This document shows positions 29,705-38,135 of a stretch of DNA of 64,000 nucleotides, one piece after another; positions within the stretch are counted from its first letter, which is position 1, and each line of letters starts with the position of its first letter. The notes below the pieces were generated by a model, which saw only the letters and a list, made by a program, of their open reading frames with translations, was not told the origin of the DNA and did no database searches. The position numbers were made by a program, and so were the translations under genes. The DNA lies in the IMG/VR virus record IMGVR_UViG_3300043205_000005, positions 2,532 to 66,531 of that record; one strand, given 5' to 3'. The DNA comes from a virus. Its lineage: Duplodnaviria; Caudoviricetes.

Positions 29705-29757
29705 AGTGTAGTCCTCTGACTACGATAGTCAAGGGCCTAACGAGAATTATTATCACG
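29705..29757 (-). promoter_or_regulatory. Leftward promoter with palindromic operator
   Basis: Minus strand TTGACT (29727-32)-N16-TACACT (29705-10); GTAGTC-N4-GACTAC 29708-23. Confidence 0.6.
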
Positions 29758-29777
29758 TTTCCGTGATCTATAGTCAC

Positions 29778-29807
29778 TTGACAATTCAGAACCGACGCGC
29801 CTAGGCT
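29778..29807 (+). promoter_or_regulatory. Rightward promoter
   Basis: TTGACA-N18-TAGGCT just upstream of the cro-like ATG (leaderless-like). Confidence 0.5.
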
Positions 29808-29813
29808 TGTGTC

Positions 29814-30020
29814 ATGTCTGTCTCAATGGAACTCCTGCAAGAAATCAAGGACGGCGCCAAGCTGCTCGGCATCGCCCCCAGCACGCTTTGTCAGCGTGCG
29901 GTAAGAAACGGGGCCATTGTCAAGAGGTTAGAGGGTGGTGATGCCACGGTGACCTTGGATACGGCCCAGCGGATTAGGGCCTATATCGAAGCCAATCGGC
30001 CGAAAGAGGCCGCCGAATGA
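29814..30020 (+). CDS. Cro-like HTH regulator
   Basis: GAKLLGIAPSTLCQRAVRNG; first gene after divergent promoters. Confidence 0.6.
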   Translation: MSVSMELLQEIKDGAKLLGIAPSTLCQRAVRNGAIVKRLEGGDATVTLDTAQRIRAYIEANRPKEAAE

Positions 30021-30502
30021 CTCCCTCCCCCCGCGAACGCTTGGCCGTGGCCCTCGACGCAATCGGGGACATAGCGCGCTACGCCGTAATTGCGGGGGTC
30101 TCACCGCGCCAGTTCGCCAATGCTCAATCCGCCCGGCCATGCTCGACAGTGGCCTTCCTGCGCATCTGTGTGGCTGTACGGCATGATCCTTTGCCGATTC
30201 TCCCCCATAAAATGCCCTTTAAGCCGTCAGACTTCGATTTTGAGTTCTTTTCAATAGGTTTCCGCATGAAGCGGATAGAGCGTGGCGAAAACGACCGCCA
30301 AGCCGCTGTAGCGCTTGGGTTTTCACCTGCGACAGTATGCCGCATAGAGAAGCCTGACGCCATGCAAATCGGGGTTATTCTCCGCGCTTGCGAGTACATC
30401 GGGTGTCATCCTTTCGGATATTTGGCGATTGATCCACCAATCGTCGCTCATTTGCAAAATGCAAATGTTTCACGTGGAAAACAAGCAACATCAACGGGGT
30501 AG
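30017..30502 (+). CDS. HTH-containing regulator
   Basis: RQAAVALGFSPATVCRIE. Confidence 0.55.
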   Translation: MTPSPRERLAVALDAIGDIARYAVIAGVSPRQFANAQSARPCSTVAFLRICVAVRHDPLPILPHKMPFKPSDFDFEFFSIGFRMKRIERGENDRQAAVALGFSPATVCRIEKPDAMQIGVILRACEYIGCHPFGYLAIDPPIVAHLQNANVSRGKQATSTG

Positions 30503-30505
30503 AGT

Positions 30506-31105
30506 ATGGTCAAGCAAAATCAAGTCGGAATCGTCGAATGGAAAGGGTTGACGGCATCGCAGCGGGCGCTTGCCCGCGCCACAGTAAATACCTACGCGGC
30601 GCGGGGCCACTTTCCCCCTAAGCCGTGTGCTGTCTGCGGTGCCGGTAACGCGGTTAAGCATCATCCGGACTATTCTAAGCCTTTGGAAATCATATGGCTT
30701 TGCCACGTTCACCACGTCCAGGTCCATCGCGGTGTCCTCAGTACTGACGGCCTGCCAATCACGACGCTCGATTACAGGCCGTGGCCGCGAAAGAAAAAGG
30801 CCGAGAAGCCGGCGGCGCCCATTATCCTCAAGGAGAACGTTATGGCCGAAAGACAACACTTTTCTTTAACCTCCCAGGAATACGATGAATTTTTGCATTT
30901 GCGGCCTATCCCGGGAGAGGCTTTCGACTTCTGGCGCAAGGTGGCACACAGCCGCAAGGTCGATCCCGGCTCAATCCTTTCCGAGTTCGGGCGCTTCACG
31001 GCATTGCCGCTTGGGCACCGGGACCATTGGTGCCATCCGGCACCCTTGCATTTCACTTCGCGGCCTCGCATCGCGCAAAACGAATCGTTGACCGGCATCC
31101 GGTGA
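30506..31105 (+). CDS. HNH-like protein
   Basis: CAVCG..KHHPDYSKPLEIIWLCHVHH. Confidence 0.6.
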   Translation: MVKQNQVGIVEWKGLTASQRALARATVNTYAARGHFPPKPCAVCGAGNAVKHHPDYSKPLEIIWLCHVHHVQVHRGVLSTDGLPITTLDYRPWPRKKKAEKPAAPIILKENVMAERQHFSLTSQEYDEFLHLRPIPGEAFDFWRKVAHSRKVDPGSILSEFGRFTALPLGHRDHWCHPAPLHFTSRPRIAQNESLTGIR

Positions 31106-31131
31106 TGCAACCGGCACTGAGGAACCGTGAC
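31088..31131 (-). repeat. Bipartite element, variant C
   Basis: TTGACCGGCATCCGGTGATGCAACCGGCACTGAGGAACCGTGAC; spacing 39. Confidence 0.8.
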
Positions 31132-31575
31132 CCGAACCACTCCCATAACCACCCTCACCCGCAAGCGTGCTTGGGCCTTCCGCAGGGCCGAAACGGTCGG
31201 CAAAGCCTTAGAGCGACTCGAAGGCAAAAAGGAATGGCTCAACGTCTATAATAGGTGGAGGATGTATCTACAGACCGCCGCTCAACTGACGCTGGCGATT
31301 GACGCTGTGAGACGGGAGGAAGAAAAAGAAACGCGAGTGCTGCGAGTATGAGCAATCATCTAGCTTACAAAACCGATCAACAAATAACAGCATTCGTAAT
31401 GGAAACGATGCAAACATTCAGCGCACTATCTTCCTCGGAACGAAGAGACTTGCGCGATGCCCACAGAAGGCGTTTTGTGGATGAGAGTTTGACGGCGAGG
31501 CGGCCCTATGTGTGGCCTTCCTCTTGTCACGAAGCGGAAACGCTGTTTGATAATCTCGATTTTCAAGGGGGATGA
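31127..31575 (+). other. Two small hypothetical CDSs (31127-31351, 31348-31575)
   Basis: Coupled ORFs; the first starts at the GTG of a repeat element. Confidence 0.45.
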
Positions 31576-31578
31576 AAA

Positions 31579-32154
31579 GTGGCTGAAACACTGCGGTATC
31601 TTGCTTCTCCGTACACTCACTATCCCGCCGGCATGGAGCAAGCCTTTATCGACGTAGCAATTCTTGCCGGACGTTTATTTGCTATCGGCATCCCGACATT
31701 CTCGCCAATCGCGCACGCTTATCCCTACGTCAAATACGGCAACCTCGATCCGCTGGATTATCCGGCATGGAAGCCGGTCCAGGAGCGTTTGATGGACGCT
31801 TGTGATTCGTTGATTGTCGCTCATATGGACGGCTGGGAGAAAAGCGTTGGCATCGCGCATGAGGTCGCTTACTTCGAGCGAACAGAAAAACCAATCTTTG
31901 ATCTTGATCCTGTAACTCTCGTTCTTACGCGGCGTGGCGATCTTTTAGGAGAAGCCCGCTCCAAATTGTTAGAGGAAGTTCTGACCTTGCGCGGCAGTTG
32001 GAAGCCCGGCGCTCCTATATCCGAAAACAGAACTCCAAATCCAGCAACACATTTCGACGAGCGAATGCATTTGACATTGGAGGATACAAAGCCATTCTCA
32101 GGCGGGCGTCGTGAGTTGCCGCCGTTGGCGATGCCGGATTCAAAGGGGCAGTGA
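31579..32154 (+). CDS. DUF1937 / nucleoside deoxyribosyltransferase-like protein
   Basis: YLASPY..FSPIAH..CDSLIV..GWEKSVG..HEV. Confidence 0.7.
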   Translation: MAETLRYLASPYTHYPAGMEQAFIDVAILAGRLFAIGIPTFSPIAHAYPYVKYGNLDPLDYPAWKPVQERLMDACDSLIVAHMDGWEKSVGIAHEVAYFERTEKPIFDLDPVTLVLTRRGDLLGEARSKLLEEVLTLRGSWKPGAPISENRTPNPATHFDERMHLTLEDTKPFSGGRRELPPLAMPDSKGQ

Positions 32155-32155
32155 C

Positions 32156-33484
32156 GTGACCAGTCTCGCCCAATATGACCGCGTGTGCGCTGCTCTCGCC
32201 GAGGCCAGCCAAGTTGAAGATATCATCCCGCTTTTGGATGAATTCGAATTGGCCAAGGTGCGCGCCAAACAAATCAAGGACCACGCGCTGCTTGCCGACG
32301 CCACGGAATTCGAATTGCGGGCCGAACGCCGACTCGGCGAGATTATCGAAGCCGCGAAAGAGGCGGGACTGTTTCGGCAGGGGCGCCAATCGAAAAAAAA
32401 GCCAGAAGAGGATTTTTTGGACCGGCCAACGCTCACCGACGCCGGCATAGACAGAAAACTCTCCCAGCGCGCCCAAGCGCGGGCCGACATGGCGCCGGAA
32501 CTTTTCGAAACTCTCGTTACTTCGACACGCGAGCGAATCGCCGGAAGCGGAGCCAAAACCCTTGAAACTTCTGATCTTAATGGCGCCCGCGCCTTAATGG
32601 GATCGCGAATCGAATCATCTAAAAGCAGGGATTTTTTCCCAACTCCGCCATGGGCAACGCGGGCTCTCGTCGAGGTCGTATTAGGCGCGGAACTGCATTC
32701 GATATGGGAACCTGCCTGTGGCGCCGGGCATATGGCCGAAGTGTTGCGAGAATATTGCCCGAAAGTCATAGCCTCCGACATTTTCGATTACGGCTACGGC
32801 AAAGCGCCGGTCGATTTTACGAAATTCTCCGGGCCTGGCGCCGATTGGATAATCACAAATCCGCCGTTCAAAAAACTAACTGAGCAATTCGTTCTGAAAG
32901 CTATTGAACTCGCGAACATCGGCGTCGCCATGTTCGTTCGCCTGCAATGGCTCGAATCAGTCGGGCGCTACGAAACGATCTTCAAGGATCATCCACCAAC
33001 TTGCATCGCGTTCTTCGCCGAGCGCGTGCCGTTGTGCAAAGGCGAGTGGAAGCCCGATGGCACAACGGCCACGGCGTACATTTGGTTGGTCTGGATAAAA
33101 GGCCAGGAGCCGCGGCCGCCGTTTTGGATACCGCCCGGCCAACGCGAGCGATTGACAAAGCCTGACGATGCAGAGCGATTCACGGTCCATCCGGTGATTC
33201 GCAAAGGCGAACGAATCGCTGACGACTCAGGAACGAATCACCAACCCGAATCTGTTCATGATTCGGTTGACACTGGCGGCCGCCCCCCAGCTAAGGCGTC
33301 AGTGTCCGAACCCGCGTCTGACCATCAACCGAAAGCCCCTCATGTGCCAATGGCGGACGCGGGTTCACCTTCTTTTTCTGAATCTGATCTTCCTGAGATA
33401 ATCCTACCGGGGAAGTGGGCTACGTTTGAGCATGTTGCGGGGTTTGTTGATCTTACTTCGGAAGTTGCGGGGCGGGCGTCATGA
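32156..33484 (+). CDS. N6-adenine DNA methyltransferase-like protein with N-terminal helical domain
   Basis: DFFPTPPW, WEPACGAG (motif I), IITNPPF (motif IV). Confidence 0.75.
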   Translation: MTSLAQYDRVCAALAEASQVEDIIPLLDEFELAKVRAKQIKDHALLADATEFELRAERRLGEIIEAAKEAGLFRQGRQSKKKPEEDFLDRPTLTDAGIDRKLSQRAQARADMAPELFETLVTSTRERIAGSGAKTLETSDLNGARALMGSRIESSKSRDFFPTPPWATRALVEVVLGAELHSIWEPACGAGHMAEVLREYCPKVIASDIFDYGYGKAPVDFTKFSGPGADWIITNPPFKKLTEQFVLKAIELANIGVAMFVRLQWLESVGRYETIFKDHPPTCIAFFAERVPLCKGEWKPDGTTATAYIWLVWIKGQEPRPPFWIPPGQRERLTKPDDAERFTVHPVIRKGERIADDSGTNHQPESVHDSVDTGGRPPAKASVSEPASDHQPKAPHVPMADAGSPSFSESDLPEIILPGKWATFEHVAGFVDLTSEVAGRAS

Positions 33485-33807
33485 CTTTTGCTGTGATGGT
33501 CGAGACGCATGAGGGCAAGGTGATGGCCCTTAGGCGTAAAATGATTTCGCGCGAAATAGCCGAAGATCATCCCGTTGTCGCTTCTCTTTGGAAACGTGTT
33601 TGGGTCGAAGAGGAAGAAATTAAGCCCGTTGTTATTCCAACATTGCCGCCGCGCCCCTGGTCCATTGTGCCGTCCTATAATCACGCGGGGCACATTTGGA
33701 TTTGTGATGCCACTGGCAAAAAGATCGCGACGATTTGGGGTAGCATCGGCGAGCGTAAGCTAACGTCTGAGCATATCATCGACTTGGTAAACAGAGTGGC
33801 GTCTTAG
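33481..33807 (+). CDS. Hypothetical protein; C-terminus paralogous to 17157..17372
   Basis: PRPW...ICDATGKKIATIWG. Confidence 0.55.
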   Translation: MTFAVMVETHEGKVMALRRKMISREIAEDHPVVASLWKRVWVEEEEIKPVVIPTLPPRPWSIVPSYNHAGHIWICDATGKKIATIWGSIGERKLTSEHIIDLVNRVAS

Positions 33808-33874
33808 TTGTTTGTTTGTTAGACTGGCTACCTTGGCGTGCGATTGTTCTGTGAGATTCTTACGGCCATAGAGG

Positions 33875-34234
33875 GTGGAGAAAATGAGGCATTGGCCGCG
33901 CAAAGTTTCGGCATGGGACGGCATCGCTACGGCGCCGGGCGCAACTCGCAGCGGCAACGACCCGATCAATCCTTTGCGCATTTTGCGTTTGCGCAATCGC
34001 GGCCTGACCTATGCAGCGATTGGTATTCAAATTGCCTATGAGGATGGAAGGCAAATGCCATATGTCGGTGCCGCGGTCTACCGCGCGTTGAGGGAGTTTC
34101 AATGTGGCTTGCGTGATGAGGATGGTGGGCGCGAATTTCGACCAGCCACCAATAAAAGGTGCGAGCGCTGCGGTATCAGCTTGGGAACAGGGATCGGCGC
34201 GGTAATGCGAGGCTGGCGTGTGAACGCGCTTTAG
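33875..34234 (+). CDS. HTH plus Zn-ribbon hypothetical protein
   Basis: RGLTYAAIG..; CERCG. Confidence 0.4.
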   Translation: MEKMRHWPRKVSAWDGIATAPGATRSGNDPINPLRILRLRNRGLTYAAIGIQIAYEDGRQMPYVGAAVYRALREFQCGLRDEDGGREFRPATNKRCERCGISLGTGIGAVMRGWRVNAL

Positions 34235-34662
34235 TCGCAAGCCTCTATGGCAGTAAAACCCAAGCAGAACAATCGACAGCCAAGGTAGCCAAGCTAACAA
34301 AAAAACCTTCCTGATCTTCTTTAACTAAAAACGGGGCCGACACAATGACCATCCCACGACCGGACGAGCCGATAGACTCATCGCTCGGTTTCTTTGATCG
34401 CCAAGAATGTATCTCCATGAATCTCGCATTCTTCAAAGCCATGAAAGCCGCAGTCCAAAGTGGCGGCGAATCAAAACGCAATTTCACTTACGGCCCCAGA
34501 GTCGATCACACACCATTGGTCGGTGCACATTTCGACAGACAACTCCAACACTCGCCGATGTCGTCTAGCGCGGGAACGTGTACCAATGCGGCGGTACGTT
34601 GGAGTATCCCAGACAAAACGATACCTACTACTCCACCTTGGCCGCGCAAAGGTGGAAAATAA

Positions 34663-35418
34663 ATGAGCCATCTTCCCTACCGCCCAGAGCACGTCAACGA
34701 CGCCAGCGCCAACAGCGAAGAACTGACGAACGAGGAACTAGGCGCATTCGTGAGGCTACAGCGGGCCTTGTGGCGCTCGGGCGGCTACCTACCCGACGAT
34801 CAGAAAAAACTCGCCAGATACGCTCGGGCAGGCAGCAGATGGGGAATCATCGCGCCGGCCATCATGGGCAAGCTTAACGCCATCGGCGGCAAAGTCTCAT
34901 GCCCAACAATCCTCATGACGATTTTTCTCGTTGAACAGCGCCGCGCCAAGGCCGCGAAAGCTGCCGCGCACAGGTATGGCAAACCTGACCCCGCTCTGAC
35001 TTCGCGTAACCCATTGGACTCGTTAGAGTCTAACATTACCGGAGCATCAACCGAGCATATGCTTGGTCGTTCCAATCAAAATCAAAACAAGAATCTAGAT
35101 TCTAAGACTCTTAGTGCGCGCGGCGCGGCTACAAGTGGTCTGGCAAATAAGTTTTACGAGCAAAGCGCGGACTTTCTCATGAAGCGCGTCGGCGTGCGCG
35201 GCCTCGCAGCCCGATCCCAAGTCGCCAAATGGCTCGCCGCCCTCGACGGGAACGAATCGGACCTGCAAACGATTATGGATGCAGCCGGCGCCGAAAATCT
35301 CCAAGGCGCCCGACTGATAGCCGTCATTGATCAGCGCGTGGGGAACCGTAAGACCGAAAGAAAGCAAGGCCCTCCCCTTCCCTTTCCACCGAACCTTGTG
35401 ATAAACAGCGGCAAATGA
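34663..35418 (+). CDS. DUF1376/YdaU-like replication protein
   Basis: LTNEELGAFVRL..LW..GG.LPDDQKKLAR. Confidence 0.7.
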   Translation: MSHLPYRPEHVNDASANSEELTNEELGAFVRLQRALWRSGGYLPDDQKKLARYARAGSRWGIIAPAIMGKLNAIGGKVSCPTILMTIFLVEQRRAKAAKAAAHRYGKPDPALTSRNPLDSLESNITGASTEHMLGRSNQNQNKNLDSKTLSARGAATSGLANKFYEQSADFLMKRVGVRGLAARSQVAKWLAALDGNESDLQTIMDAAGAENLQGARLIAVIDQRVGNRKTERKQGPPLPFPPNLVINSGK

Positions 35419-35761
35419 CCCGATACGCTTCAGCCCAGCCCTACACGGAAGCGGAACGAGACCGCGACGACGCCTTGCGTCACGACGCCCAAAAAACTAT
35501 CCACAACCGCCGCAAAGCCACGCCGAGCGGTCAAAACTACAATGTTCCCGGCGATAAAGCGTCGAAGGCGAAGGATTTGCGGGTGTTGGGGGAACGTTAG
35601 CGTCTTGACGGAATGCGAGTGTGCGAGGATGATGATGTTGCGTTGGTCCTATGGCTCCTTGGATCAAACGTCGTGTGTTGCAGCCCCCTCCAAGGGAACG
35701 GCCACTCGGGGCAACTCGGGTGGTCGTTTTCATTTGTGGCAATAGTGATTCTAGGTGATTC

Positions 35762-36028
35762 GTGACCGATACCGCAGTGCAGCAATTGGTGTCACGAGAG
35801 GGCCTTCGGACTGAATCACCGGATTCGGTCAACGATTCGTTCGCGAAGCGATGGATGCACAGAGAATTTTCGTGGTCTTTTCGGGTGCGCCCCGAAACAA
35901 TTGCCACTGTCGATCATTATTTGGCATGGCAAAAGGACCGGATTTATCAGGACCTTAACAACAATCTGTGGGACAACAATCCCGGCGAATTGGAACGCTG
36001 GGCCGATGATGGTGGAGCGGTTTGGTGA
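35762..36028 (+). CDS. Hypothetical ORF spanning an inverted-element cassette
   Basis: GTG start after AGGTGA; reads through the long element; stops in the short element. Confidence 0.4.
   Translation: MTDTAVQQLVSREGLRTESPDSVNDSFAKRWMHREFSWSFRVRPETIATVDHYLAWQKDRIYQDLNNNLWDNNPGELERWADDGGAVW
35791..35832 (+). repeat. Bipartite element, long form
   Basis: GTCACGAGAGGGCCTTCGGACTGAATCACCGGATTCGGTCAA; spacing 37. Confidence 0.9.
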
Positions 36029-36738
36029 CCGAACCGGAATCACAGCCTCTCGTGACACAAACCGAAGGCATCGGAACCTCAATCGTTCCGGCGCAGTCGT
36101 TTGACGTTGCGGGTTTTAAGCCGCTGCGCGACCCGAAGAAAGAGCGATTCTGTCGTCTCCGCGCTGTCTTGCGCCCCAAAGCCGACGCTTATCGCCAGTC
36201 CGGCCATAAATCCGAATCGGACCACGCCGCCGCTGGTAACGCCTCTCGGCTTGAGCGTCGGCAGGATATTTCGAATCGAATTGCCTATCTGTCGCGGCAA
36301 GAGGATGAAATTCTGCAAATTAAGCGGCAGCGGCTTGAGGAATTGCTTTGGACGATCCACGAGTCGAACGTCGCCGATATGTGGACGATGGTTGAGATTC
36401 CGGCTTACGACCGCCAGGGAAAACCAATTCTTGATGGGGAAGGAAACCCGACCACGAAAATGGTGCAGCGACCTAGAAATATTCACGACATGCCCGACGA
36501 TGTGCAGCGGTCGATTGAGGTTGTGACTATCAACGAGGCTGGTTTTGTCGTGCCTAAGCCATATTCGAAGCTGCAAGCGAATCAGGAGCTTCGAAAACTG
36601 TTGGGGATTGGAACCCCGACGCGCGATGATGGGGAACTGTCACGGTTGTCGGATGCTGAGCTAGTCGCGCAACTCGCGAGCCAGGCGAGGGAACTTGGCG
36701 TCGAGATAGATTTAAGCTATAGATTCAGCGGCAATTGA
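36022..36738 (+). CDS. terS: Terminase small subunit
   Basis: KERFC..AYRQSG..GNASRL..I..RI..L pattern; upstream of TerL. Confidence 0.6.
   Translation: MVTEPESQPLVTQTEGIGTSIVPAQSFDVAGFKPLRDPKKERFCRLRAVLRPKADAYRQSGHKSESDHAAAGNASRLERRQDISNRIAYLSRQEDEILQIKRQRLEELLWTIHESNVADMWTMVEIPAYDRQGKPILDGEGNPTTKMVQRPRNIHDMPDDVQRSIEVVTINEAGFVVPKPYSKLQANQELRKLLGIGTPTRDDGELSRLSDAELVAQLASQARELGVEIDLSYRFSGN
36025..36056 (-). repeat. Bipartite element, short form
   Basis: GTGACCGAACCGGAATCACAGCCTCTCGTGAC; spacing 27. Confidence 0.9.
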
Positions 36739-36750
36739 CGGGAGAAAACC

Positions 36751-38135
36751 ATGAAATTCTTTGTGATGGACCAGACAGGCCATTCGACGATTGAATTCGA
36801 TAAAAGCGATGCCGCAGTGAGCGAGGCGATGGCAAAATTCACCGGCCTTGTTGGTGCTGGCCATGTGGCGGCAACGCGGAAGGAAGGCGCGACGGATTAT
36901 ACCGTCACCAAAACCTTTGATCCGACTGCCGATGAAACACTGTTTGTGCCGCAGATGAAGGGCGGTTGATGCCGATCTCGGTTGCAGAGATTCGTAATGA
37001 GTTTATGCCCGGATTGGTAGTCCGGGCATATGAACGATATAGCTTTGGATACTCCGACTGGAGTTCGGTATTTGGCAGCGCAGTTGGCGTGGTCCGTGAT
37101 CTTGCGGCCGACAAGCGCAGCGTTGAATTATTGAAGGCGTGGCTTTCTCCCGACCAGCTTGAACGATTTAATCAGGATGGAAAATTCGCCGTCGTCGGTA
37201 GCAAAAGCAAAAATAAATATTGGATTACTGACGGTGGTACTTCACATAACGTTGTTCGAATAAATCCGAAAACAAATCGGAGTGCAGAGCGGCTTTGCTT
37301 TGTGCCTGTGGATGCCAGTGCGCGAGGGGACGTGATGCTGGCGCAGAAAATCATGCTGGAAACCGACGAGCCGCAAGCATTGAAGATTGCAAATCGCTAC
37401 GCCGTCACTGCGGAGGCTTAAATGTCGGCTTATCAAACCACAAAAGCAATTATCGGACTTGCACTATTCGGCGCGATGCTGGCCGTTGTGGCTCATGCTT
37501 GGGGCTACCATCTGTGATGGGGTGACCGCGCTGAGATTTAGAATGCGCAGGCCGTGAATGACCCAACAAATAATTCCGACAAAATCTCCGCAACTTCAAC
37601 AATCCAAATGGTTGCGTGAATATTGTGAGATTCGGAACGAAACACTTTATGGCGAATACAAGATTGAGAACGTTCATTTTGTTCCGCCAGATCATTGGAT
37701 GGCGCGAGTGGTCAGTGTGCAGCGCGCAGGTGATTTTAGTCGCAATGTCATCAAAGGATCATTCCAACCTTATGTGTCAATTGTTGGGGCCGTTGAAGAT
37801 TTGATTTTTTGGACGTGGTTCGATTTGGTCAATCCAAACCGCCGCGACAATTATCGTCCGAAATCACTTCCACCGAAATTGGCGCTGACATGAACACGCG
37901 CCATAAGCAGACATTCGAACGCAAGCGCGTAGCGATGAAGATGCCGCCTCGCATTGTGCAATGTTTGCACTGCGGAGCCTCGATGGAATTTTGTTTAGGC
38001 GCCACGGCGGAAGTACCAGTGGAATCGTTCTATGCTATTTGTAGAAGACTAGATTTACCATCAACAAAGGATGTACCGAATACAATTTATCCGCAGAGAT
38101 GCGGCGAAATGTGCATCAGGAATATTCCGAAATGA
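36751..38135 (+). other. Small hypothetical CDSs between terS and terL (36751-36969, 36966-37421, 37558-37893, about 37890-38135)
   Basis: Coupled ORFs with RBSs. Confidence 0.45.
37522..37558 (-). repeat. Bipartite element, divergent variant
   Basis: GTGACCGCGCTGAG...GCCGTGAA; spacing 32. Confidence 0.55.
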
